A stretch of DNA of 64,000 nucleotides from Spirochaetia bacterium (lineage in GTDB: Bacteria > Spirochaetota > Spirochaetia > SZUA-6 > Bin103). The stretch covers positions 960,001 to 1,024,000 of the forward strand of contig OZ241863.1 in NCBI GenBank assembly GCA_965203055.1, read 5' to 3'. Shown here in pieces: positions 8,974 through 17,127 of the stretch (positions within the stretch are counted from its first letter, which is position 1; every line of letters starts with the position of its first letter). The notes below the pieces were generated by a model. That model was not told the DNA's origin, ran no database searches, and saw only the letters and a program-made list of their open reading frames with translations. A program made the position numbers and the translations under genes.

Positions 8974-10378
8974 TCACCGGTCTACCGGCGCCTGACGATC
9001 CTCGCTGGGGCGCCCGAATCCGGCGCCGGCGTGGCGGTAGCGGTGATGGGCGGCGCACAGCAGCCGGAGATTGTTCGGCTCGGCGGCGCCGCCGCAGGCA
9101 TACGGCACGACGTGATCGATCTGCAGCAGGTGTTCGGAGCCGCAGCGGCGCCCGCTGGTGCGGTCCACGTAGCGGCAACGGCCCCGGTCGCGCCGCCACA
9201 CCTCGCGCTTGACCGCCGCCGGGATGGCGCGGCCGGTCACGCCGCCGGCCTTCGCTGCCGAAGTTTCGGTCCGCGCCGGCGGCGCGGGCTGCGTCGCGCC
9301 CGCCGTCGCAGCCTGACGGCCGGGGCGCCGCGTCTTCGGCGCCGAAGTGGTGTCGCCCGCCGGTTTCACTGCCGGTTTCACCGCCGAAGTGTCCGGGCGG
9401 TCCGGGCCGCGGTTCGCCTGCAGCGGCGAAGCGGCTTCGTCTCCCGGCTGCGCCGGCGTCTGAGCCGATACCTTCGCCGCCGAAAGAGCGGCGCGGTTCG
9501 CGCTGACCTCCTGCTTCGCTGCCGAGGCGGCGCTGCGAGCCGAGGCCGCCTGCGTCTTCGGCGCCGAAGTTTGCTCGGCGCCTTTGGCCGGCGCGGTGCG
9601 CCGTCCGCGCGGCGGCCGGGCCGGATCGTGGCGGTCGAGACCTTCCCATACCAGCCGCCCCATGAGCTGCCCCATCGTCAGGTGCGGATCGACGTGGGAC
9701 AGGAGGCCCTTGAGCCGCTCCAAGCCGCGCCGGCACTCATCGTCGATCACCGCCTTGAGTTCCCAACGCCCGCCGCCCAGAGGCCGCACCCGATCCGCCG
9801 GCGCCGCCAGCTCCGGGTCCACCTCGGCCAGCAACTGCATCACCTCCCGGCTGCTCTTGCCGGACGCCTGCTCCACCAGCTCCCGCCGCGCCTCCGGGTC
9901 CAGCACCGCCGCCGGCGCCGGCTTCCGCTCCGCCGGCCGCGGCGGCGCCGAGCCGTTCTGCGACTGGGCGGCAGCCCCGAACCCGGCCCCGCCCGGCGCG
10001 CTACGCGCCGCCCGTTCCTTCTTGCGCTCCTGCCGGTCGAACGCATGCTGCAACTAGGCGGCCGCGTTCAGCGTCATCGAGCCATTCCCGCAGGCGCTCG
10101 CGCACGCCCTCCACGTCCGCGCAGAGGCGCATCGCCTTGATGCGCCGCCACGCCGCGGCGTCGCTGTAACCCAGCTCGCGCACCGCGTAATCGAACAGGC
10201 TCGAGAACCCGCGGCGCAGATACAGGCGGCGCTTATGAATCTCGCGCAGGTGGTCGATCACGACCACTTCGAGATGGTGTTCGATGCGGGAAAGTTCCTT
10301 GGTCCGCTCCAGCAGGCGGTCGTCTGAGAGGGCGGAAACGGTAGTGGTGACGGCCCCGACCGAACCCTGATTGTTCAT
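8974..10378 (-). pseudogene. HNH endonuclease with DUF222-like N-terminal domain, disrupted by a frameshift and a nonsense codon
   Basis: N-part LSDDRLLERT...GFSSLFDYAVRELGYS; C-part RDRGRC...LQIDHVVP...NNLRLLCAAHH; joined via a frameshift near 10088 and an in-frame TAG at 10054-10056. Confidence 0.85.
9250..9569. repeat. Seven copies of a 14-bp palindromic motif (consensus CTTCGGCGCCGAAG), mostly 42-bp period, inside the HNH gene
   Basis: Copies start at 9250, 9334, 9376, 9418, 9472, 9514, 9556; perfect palindromes at 9334 and 9556; they encode TSAxK-like motifs. Confidence 0.8.
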
Positions 10379-10384
10379 GACATA

Positions 10385-10413
10385 AGTATAACCATGGAAA
10401 CCACTTGAGTCAA
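10385..10413 (-). promoter_or_regulatory. Sigma70 promoter of the HNH gene (probably leaderless)
   Basis: TTGACT-N17-TATACT on minus strand; ATG lies 7 nt downstream; CTTGAgTCAAG palindrome overlaps the -35. Confidence 0.75.
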
Positions 10414-10500
10414 GTTCTTCGGCCTGGAATATGCCACCTGCGGGAGTGACTCGGCGGCGCATTTCCAAGCGGCTAGACGTTCCGTCAGATGCTGCTCGTT

Positions 10501-10572
10501 GTTGTTTCACCATGAGCGCGGCGCGGTACTCGTGGTACGCCTTTCCCGGCGGCGGCTTCGAGGGCGGGATCG
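10501..10572 (-). pseudogene. Short relic homologous to the C-terminal region of the large methyltransferase (23916-23980)
   Basis: 26-bp exact match ACGAGTACCGCGCCGCGCTCATGGTG plus flanking similarity; encodes GKAYHEYRAALMV vs GKAYYEYRAALMV. Confidence 0.8.
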
Positions 10573-10677
10573 GTACCAACAAATTGGAAGTGCGCCCCAA
10601 CGAATGGGTGCCCGTGACGCGGACCATGAGCGGTGCTATCATCGGGTAGCGATGAAGCAGCTTGATCGAGGTTCGTC

Positions 10678-11778
10678 ATGACCAGCTATCAGGTGGTGGC
10701 GTGGGGCCGGCCGCTGGAGCGGCGCACCTGCCCGACGCCCGACCCGCAGGGCACTGAAGTGCTGTTGCAGGTGGAGATGTGCGGGGTGTGCCACAGCGAC
10801 CTGCACATCCACGAGGGGTATTTCGACATGGGCGGCGGGCGCCGGCGCATGCTCACCGATCTGGGGGTGCAACTGCCGCTCACCCTGGGTCACGAGCCGG
10901 TCGGCACCGTGGCCGCGGTCGGCCCGGAGGTGGATGACCCGCAGGCCGCGGGGGTGCCGGTCGGCGCGCGCCGGGTGGTGTGGCCGTGGGTCGGGTGCCG
11001 GCAATGCGCGGCCTGCCGGCGCGAAGAGGACATCCTGTGCGAGCGCGGGCGCTACCTGGGGGCGCGGGTCGACGGCGGCTTCAGCGACCACCTGCTGGTG
11101 CCGCATCCGCGCTACCTGCTGCCCTGCGCCGGCATCGCGCCGGAGGTGGCGGCCACCTACGCCTGCGCCGGCATTACCGGCTACGCGGCGGTGAAGCGCG
11201 CCCTCACCACCTACCCGGAGAGCGCCGGCACGCTGGGCCGGATCGGTTCCGGCGACACCCTGCTGCTGGTGGGCGCCGGCGGCGTCGGGTTGAGCGCGCT
11301 GCGCGCGGCCCGCGCCCTCACCGCGGCGCGCATCGTGGTGGCGGACATCAGCGCCGAGAAACGGGCGCTGGCCGAGGCCAACGGCGCCGACGCCGCCATC
11401 GACGCCGCCGACCCGGACGCCGGGCGCCGGCTCAAGGAGCGGAGCGGCGCCGGCGTCGCCGCGGCGGTGGACTTCGTCGGCCGGCCGGAGACGTCGCAGA
11501 TGGCGATCGACTCGCTGCGCCGCGGCGGCACCCACGTCGTCGTGGGCATGTTCGGGGGCGCGCTGACGGTGTCTATACCCGACTACGTCTACAAGCTGCT
11601 GGCGGTACGCGGCTCGCACCTGGGGACGCCGCAGGACCTGCGCGAACTGATCGAGCTGCGCCGCGCCGGCCACATCGAGCCGCCGCCGATCGCGCGCCGG
11701 CCGCTGGCGGAGATAGACGAGGTGTTCACCGATCTGCACGCCGGCCGCATCCCCGGCCGCGTGGTGCTGGTACCGTAG
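10678..11778 (+). CDS. Zinc-binding alcohol dehydrogenase
   Basis: CGVCHSD, GHE, CxxCxxC-x7-C, GAGGVG. Confidence 0.93.
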   Translation: MTSYQVVAWGRPLERRTCPTPDPQGTEVLLQVEMCGVCHSDLHIHEGYFDMGGGRRRMLTDLGVQLPLTLGHEPVGTVAAVGPEVDDPQAAGVPVGARRVVWPWVGCRQCAACRREEDILCERGRYLGARVDGGFSDHLLVPHPRYLLPCAGIAPEVAATYACAGITGYAAVKRALTTYPESAGTLGRIGSGDTLLLVGAGGVGLSALRAARALTAARIVVADISAEKRALAEANGADAAIDAADPDAGRRLKERSGAGVAAAVDFVGRPETSQMAIDSLRRGGTHVVVGMFGGALTVSIPDYVYKLLAVRGSHLGTPQDLRELIELRRAGHIEPPPIARRPLAEIDEVFTDLHAGRIPGRVVLVP

Positions 11779-11780
11779 CG

Positions 11781-12677
11781 ATGGGCGGCCGAAGCGCGGC
11801 GGCCGCGGCGCCGCGGCGGGTGGTGATCACCGGCGCCGCCGGCTACGTCGCCGGCCTCATGCTGCCGGACCTGCGCCGCCGCTATGACCTGACGCTGCTC
11901 GACGTGCGCCGGGACAATCGCGGCGGCGCGGCGGTGGACGGCGTGACGCTCGCGGACCTGACGGAGAAGGACCGCGACCGCTACCGCGCTCATTTCGCCG
12001 GCGCGGACGCGGTGGTGCATACCGCCTTCGTGCGCCCGCGCGGCGGCGCCGCCAACCTCGGCGCCATCGCCTCCCGGAGCGAAGCGCGGTTCCGCTCCGA
12101 GTTCGCCAACGTGGCGATGGCCTACAACATCTATCAGACGGCGCGCGAGGAAGGGGTGCGGCGGGTGGTGATGATCAGCTCCAATCATGCCGCGGACTTC
12201 TACGAGCCGCTGATCCTCGACGGCGCCTGGGACTTGGTCACCCCGGAGATGCAGGAGCGCGCGGTGGGCTACTACGGCTGGGCCAAGGCCTCCTACGAGC
12301 ACCTGGGGTTCATCTTCGCCCAGGGCGGCCCGGGCGAGGCGCCGCTGGAGAACGTGCAGATTCGCATCGGCGGCCCGCGCGAGGATGACCTGGAGCGCGC
12401 CGAACCGGGCAACATGCGCCAGGTGCGGCGCGGGTTGGCGGTGTACCTGAGCCGCCGCGATCTGGTGCAACTGATCGTCAAGAGCGTCGAGACCTCCGAC
12501 ATCCGCGACCGCCACGGGGTGCCGTTTCAAGTGTTCTACGGCATCAGCGACAACTCGCACGCCTTCTGGAGCATCGCCAACGCGCGCCGCGTCATCGGCT
12601 ACGCGCCGCGCGACAACAGCGAGGTGCGCTTCCGGGAGCAGCTTGCCCGCCATCTGGCCGCGGCCGGCGGCGAGTGA
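11781..12677 (+). CDS. NAD-dependent epimerase/dehydratase (uronate dehydrogenase-like SDR)
   Basis: ITGAAGYVA, SSNHA, YGWAK, YGISDN...WSIANAR..IGYAP. Confidence 0.82.
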   Translation: MGGRSAAAAAPRRVVITGAAGYVAGLMLPDLRRRYDLTLLDVRRDNRGGAAVDGVTLADLTEKDRDRYRAHFAGADAVVHTAFVRPRGGAANLGAIASRSEARFRSEFANVAMAYNIYQTAREEGVRRVVMISSNHAADFYEPLILDGAWDLVTPEMQERAVGYYGWAKASYEHLGFIFAQGGPGEAPLENVQIRIGGPREDDLERAEPGNMRQVRRGLAVYLSRRDLVQLIVKSVETSDIRDRHGVPFQVFYGISDNSHAFWSIANARRVIGYAPRDNSEVRFREQLARHLAAAGGE

Positions 12678-14518
12678 GCACTTTCGCCCCAATGGCTGAG
12701 GCGGCGCCGCGCGCCCGCGTAGCCGACCTGTTCCGCGACCACCTGCCGCTGATCGGATGGTCGGCGGCCTGCGGTCTGCTGTTCGCCGGGACCACGTTGA
12801 TCCCGCCGCTGTACGTGCGCGGCCTCATCGCCGCCATCACCGAACCGCCCGCCGGCGCCGCCGGCGGCCCGGACGGCGTCTCGCTGGCGGTGGTGGCCGC
12901 GGCGCTGGTCGGGGTGTTCCTGCTGCGCGGCGCGGCGCGCTACCTGTACGGCCTCACCTCGCATCATGCCGCCTACGCGCTGCTGGCCGACCTGCTGCAG
13001 CGGGTCTATCGTCACCTGCAGCAACTCTCGCACCGCTTCTTCGCCGGCAACCGCACCGGGACGCTGATCGCGCGTTCGGTCAGCGACGTGGAGGCGCTGG
13101 AAGACTTCGTCGCGCACGGCGTGCCGGAGCTGGTGCAGGCGGTCGCCATTCCGCTGGCGATGATCGTGGTGCTGGTCAGCATCGATCCATCGCTCACCCT
13201 GGTGGTGCTCAGCCCGCTGCCGGTTGCCGCGCTGGTGATCTATCTCCTAACCCGCAACGTGCGCGGCAAGTGGCGCGGCGTGCGCGAACAATACGCGCGG
13301 GTAGTGGCCCTGGTGGAGGACAACCTGCAGGGGATGAGCGAGATCAAGTCGTTCACCCGCGAGGCCGAGCAGGAGCGGCGCGTGGCGCGGCTGGCCGGAG
13401 ATTACCGCGACGCCATCATCCGCGCTACCCACCGCTCGCTGCTGCCCTCCGGCATCGTGGAGATGACCGGCGGCGTGGGCGTGATCCTGGCGGTGGCCGC
13501 CGGCGGCGCCACCGCCCTGCGCGGCGGGCTGGAGGTGGCCGATCTGTACCTGTTCCTCGCCTACCTGACGTTCATCTACCAGCCGTTCCTCAAGCTGGCG
13601 GACATCGGCGAGGTGCTGCACCGCGCCGTGGCCAGCTACCAGCGCATCGACGAGCTGCTCGCCGTCGAGCCGGACATCGTCAGCCCGCCGCACGCCGTGC
13701 TGCCGGCGTCCTGCTCCGGCTCGGTGGAACTGGATGCGGTGACGTTTTCCTACGGTCCGGGAGCGCCGGCGCTGCGCGGGATCAGTCTGGCGGCGGCGCC
13801 GGGGGAGGTGGTTTCCCTGGCCGGACCCACGGGCGCCGGTAAGACCACGGTCACGCGGCTGGTGCCGCGCTTCTACGACTCCGACGCGGGCCGCGTGCTG
13901 GTCGGCGGCCACGACGTCCGCACGCTCGATCTGGCGTACCTGCGCCGGCAGGTGGCGGTGGTCAGCCAGGAGGTGTTCCTGTTCCATGGCAGCGTGCGCG
14001 ACAACATCCTGTTCGGGCGGCCCGACGCCGGCGAACAGGCGTTCCGGGCCGCCGCCCGCGCGGCCAACGCCGACCCGTTCATCCGCCGGCTGCCGGATGG
14101 CTACGACACGGTGGTGGGCGACCGCGGCGTGCGCCTCTCCGGCGGCCAGCGCCAGCGCGTGGCGATTGCCCGCGCGCTGCTCAAGGACGCGCCGATCCTG
14201 ATCCTGGACGAGGCCACCTCGTCGGTGGACGCCGAAACCGAAGAGCTGATTCAACAGGCGATGCAGCGGCTGCTGTCCGGGCGCACCGCGCTGATCATCG
14301 CCCACCGCCGCTCCACCCTGGAGCGCGCCGACCGGCTGATCGTGCTGGAGGCCGGCCGCGTCATCGAAAGCGGCTCCGCGGCCGAACTGCTCGCCGCCGG
14401 CAGCCGCTATCGCAGTCTCGTCGACGCCCAACTGGAAGCGGCGCCGTTCGCCGCCGGCCGGCAGCCCGGCGCCGCGGTCGGCGGCGGCCGCGCGTTGGCC
14501 GCCGCCGCGGCGCGGTAG
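12674..14518 (+). CDS. ABC exporter, fused permease/ATPase (MsbA-like)
   Basis: N-terminal TM domain, [24 protein letters not shown]. Confidence 0.93.
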   Translation: MSTFAPMAEAAPRARVADLFRDHLPLIGWSAACGLLFAGTTLIPPLYVRGLIAAITEPPAGAAGGPDGVSLAVVAAALVGVFLLRGAARYLYGLTSHHAAYALLADLLQRVYRHLQQLSHRFFAGNRTGTLIARSVSDVEALEDFVAHGVPELVQAVAIPLAMIVVLVSIDPSLTLVVLSPLPVAALVIYLLTRNVRGKWRGVREQYARVVALVEDNLQGMSEIKSFTREAEQERRVARLAGDYRDAIIRATHRSLLPSGIVEMTGGVGVILAVAAGGATALRGGLEVADLYLFLAYLTFIYQPFLKLADIGEVLHRAVASYQRIDELLAVEPDIVSPPHAVLPASCSGSVELDAVTFSYGPGAPALRGISLAAAPGEVVSLAGPTGAGKTTVTRLVPRFYDSDAGRVLVGGHDVRTLDLAYLRRQVAVVSQEVFLFHGSVRDNILFGRPDAGEQAFRAAARAANADPFIRRLPDGYDTVVGDRGVRLSGGQRQRVAIARALLKDAPILILDEATSSVDAETEELIQQAMQRLLSGRTALIIAHRRSTLERADRLIVLEAGRVIESGSAAELLAAGSRYRSLVDAQLEAAPFAAGRQPGAAVGGGRALAAAAAR

Positions 14519-14532
14519 GTACGGTCCGGACG

Positions 14533-14913
14533 ATGCCGAAGCGCAAGCGCACCTTTCCCTGTGGTCACCGGGGATATGGGCAATTCTGTCACCAGTGCGC
14601 CGAGGAGGAGCGCCGCCGGGGCCGGAAGCGACAACAGAAGGAGGAGTGGAAGCAGACCTTCGCCGCGGACCCGATCGACCTGCGGGGGTTGCCCAGAGCG
14701 ATCGTGGTAAAGGCGCGGCAAACGATCCAGGGGCTGGCGGAGGGACGCGACTACCGCGAATTTTCGGGCAAGCGGCTGGAGCATGACCGCTCCGTCATCA
14801 GCATTCCGGTTACGCGCAGCTACCGCCTGCTGTGCCGCGCTTCCGGCGGCGCGTTGACGCCGGTACGAGTCGTTACCCACGAAGAATACAACGTCCGCAA
14901 GCCGCTGGACTGA
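14533..14913 (+). CDS. Small basic protein with CxH...CxxC Zn motif and possible RelE/ParE-like C-terminal domain
   Basis: FPCGHRGYGQFCHQC; C-terminal GKRL...VISIPVTRSYRLL...THEEYN. Confidence 0.6.
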   Translation: MPKRKRTFPCGHRGYGQFCHQCAEEERRRGRKRQQKEEWKQTFAADPIDLRGLPRAIVVKARQTIQGLAEGRDYREFSGKRLEHDRSVISIPVTRSYRLLCRASGGALTPVRVVTHEEYNVRKPLD

Positions 14914-14935
14914 GCCGCCGTACCGATCCTCCGGA

Positions 14936-16063
14936 TCATCGATAGGGGTCGGCCGCATCTCTGAGACCGTCTCCCAGGAAATTGAAGGCCAGGACGGTAA
15001 CGATGACGAGAATGCCGGGGATCAACAACCACGGATACATGGCCACGACGTTCACCTGCTGAGCGGAGGTGAGCAGCGCCCCCCAACTCACCGCCGGCGG
15101 GCGAATGCCCAATCCCAGGAAGCTGAGCGCAGTCTCGCCTAGAATCATCGACGGAACGGCCAGCGTTACGTTCACCACAAGGTAGCTCATGAAAGAGGGA
15201 AGCAGGTGCCGCAGTATGATTGATCCGCTCCGCATCCCGGAAATCCTTGCCGCCAGGACGAAGTCCTCTTCCCGCAGACTGATGAGCTTGCCTCGCACCA
15301 CCCGCGCCAGCGTAGTCCAACCGATAAGGGAAAGTATGACGGTGATCGCGAAGTAGGTCTTGATCACTGACCAATCCCGCGGAAGCGCCGCGGCCAGCGC
15401 GATCCACAGCGGGATCTGCGGAAGACTCATGAATATCTCGATGATACGCTGGATGATCAAGTCAGGCTTGGAGCCGAAGTAGCCGGAAATCCCGCCCAGT
15501 ATGCAGCCCAATACAAAGCTGAAGGCGACACCGACGAGACCGATCGACAGCGAGACTCTCGCCGCGTAGACCGTGCGGGAGAACAGGTCTCGGCCAAGCC
15601 GGTCGGTGCCGAACAGAAATATCCTGCCCGGTTCCGCCACGCCGAACAGGCGCCGGTTGAGCGGAACGAACGACCACAGCTCGTAGGAGGCGCCCCGGGT
15701 AAAGAGACGAATGGGGTAGCGCTGGCTTTGGTCCTCGGAATATACCAACTCCCACGTTTCCGGATCCCGCCGCCGCTCCATGCCATATACGAACGGTTGA
15801 AAGTGGAACCTGCCATTGTCATCGACCAGACGAATACGGTGCGGAGGACTATACCTGAGCCGCGAGCGCTCGGAGATGTCATAAGGGCTTATGAACTCCG
15901 CAAACGCCGCAAAGACGTAGAGTATCCCCAGGACCACGGCGCCGGCCGCCGCCAGCTTGTGCCGCTTGAACTTGCGAAAGATCAACTGCCACTGCGAGGC
16001 CACGTAGAACCTCTCCGCGGCCGTCGACTCTCGTTCCTGTTCGCGGCCTGCCAGGCTTGTCAT
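14936..16063 (-). CDS. ABC permease, DppC/OppC-type
   Basis: FGTDRLGRDLFSR, EDFVLAA, ETALSFLGLG, LGDGLRDAADP. Confidence 0.92.
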   Translation of the reverse strand: MTSLAGREQERESTAAERFYVASQWQLIFRKFKRHKLAAAGAVVLGILYVFAAFAEFISPYDISERSRLRYSPPHRIRLVDDNGRFHFQPFVYGMERRRDPETWELVYSEDQSQRYPIRLFTRGASYELWSFVPLNRRLFGVAEPGRIFLFGTDRLGRDLFSRTVYAARVSLSIGLVGVAFSFVLGCILGGISGYFGSKPDLIIQRIIEIFMSLPQIPLWIALAAALPRDWSVIKTYFAITVILSLIGWTTLARVVRGKLISLREEDFVLAARISGMRSGSIILRHLLPSFMSYLVVNVTLAVPSMILGETALSFLGLGIRPPAVSWGALLTSAQQVNVVAMYPWLLIPGILVIVTVLAFNFLGDGLRDAADPYR

Positions 16064-17043
16064 TCGTGCCGTATTCGTGGATCTATGAACATCAACAGCA
16101 GATCGGACACCAGCGTCCCTACCACGGTCAGAAAGCTGAGGAACATCACCGTGCTGCCGGCTAGGTAACTGTCCTGGCTGATCAGCGCGCCGTACAGGAG
16201 AGGACCGGTGGTTGGCAGGTTCAGCACGATCGCGGTGATGGTCTCCCCGGAAACGATGGCCGGAAGGGTCCAGCCTATGGTGCTGACAATGGGATTGATC
16301 GCGACCCGTACCGGATACTTGAAGGTGAGCCGCCGCTCCGGCAGGCCCTTCGACCGGGCCGTTATCACGTATTGCCGCCGCAGCTCATCCAGCAGGCAGC
16401 CGCGCATCACCCGAATCAGGGCCGCGGTACCGGCGGTCCCGATGACGATGACGGGGACCGGAAGATGCTTCAACATGTCGACCAGCTTGGCAAAGCTCCA
16501 GGCCTGAATCTGATACTCGGTGGAAAACAACCCGCCCGGACTCCAGCCTAGATACTTGAAGAAGAAGAACATGAGCATCAGGGCCAGCAGAAAGTTGGGG
16601 ACTGCCAGCCCGATGAAGCCCAGGGCGGTGACGACGTAGTCTCCGCCGGAATACTGCCTGAGCCCCGAATATATGCCCATCGGTACCGCTACGCCGTAGG
16701 TGAATCCCAGGGTAACGGTCGATATGATGATCGTAAGCGGCAGCCGCTCGGCGATCAGGTCGGATACCGGCCTGTTCCACTCGAAAGACCGGCCAAGATC
16801 GCCGCGCAGAAAATTCGCCATCCACTTTCGGTAGCGCGCCGGCAGGTTCAGGTCGAGCCCGTACTGCCGGCGCAGGCTTTCAAGGGCTTCCCGACTGATC
16901 GCCTGTCCGCTCTGCTCCAGTCTCATGACGTAGCTGGCCAGGTAATCGCCGGGTGGAAGATCGATGATGAGAAACGCCAGAATCGAAACCACGAACATGG
17001 TCACGAGCATGAAGATCACGCGGCGCGTAGTATAGATCAGCAC
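16060..17043 (-). CDS. ABC permease, DppB/OppB-type
   Basis: GDLGRSF, YVITARSKGL, DPRIR. Confidence 0.92.
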   Translation of the reverse strand: MLIYTTRRVIFMLVTMFVVSILAFLIIDLPPGDYLASYVMRLEQSGQAISREALESLRRQYGLDLNLPARYRKWMANFLRGDLGRSFEWNRPVSDLIAERLPLTIIISTVTLGFTYGVAVPMGIYSGLRQYSGGDYVVTALGFIGLAVPNFLLALMLMFFFFKYLGWSPGGLFSTEYQIQAWSFAKLVDMLKHLPVPVIVIGTAGTAALIRVMRGCLLDELRRQYVITARSKGLPERRLTFKYPVRVAINPIVSTIGWTLPAIVSGETITAIVLNLPTTGPLLYGALISQDSYLAGSTVMFLSFLTVVGTLVSDLLLMFIDPRIRHE

Positions 17044-17078
17044 GTTGCTGCTGCCTGCCGGCTGCGGCGAGGCGAACG

Positions 17079-17114
17079 CCGTCCTCCCCGTCAGCGAGCG
17101 ACCGGGGAGGACGG
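17079..17114 (-). terminator. Intercistronic stem-loop after binding-protein gene
   Basis: CCGTCCTCCCCG ... CGGGGAGGACGG 12-bp inverted repeat. Confidence 0.6.
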
Positions 17115-17127
17115 GTTCCGATGCCGC

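Noticed and set aside
9250..9569. Canonical CRISPR array
   Set aside because: Repeats are 14 bp, degenerate and in frame within a gene; no leader or cas genes. Kept as a non-canonical finding instead.
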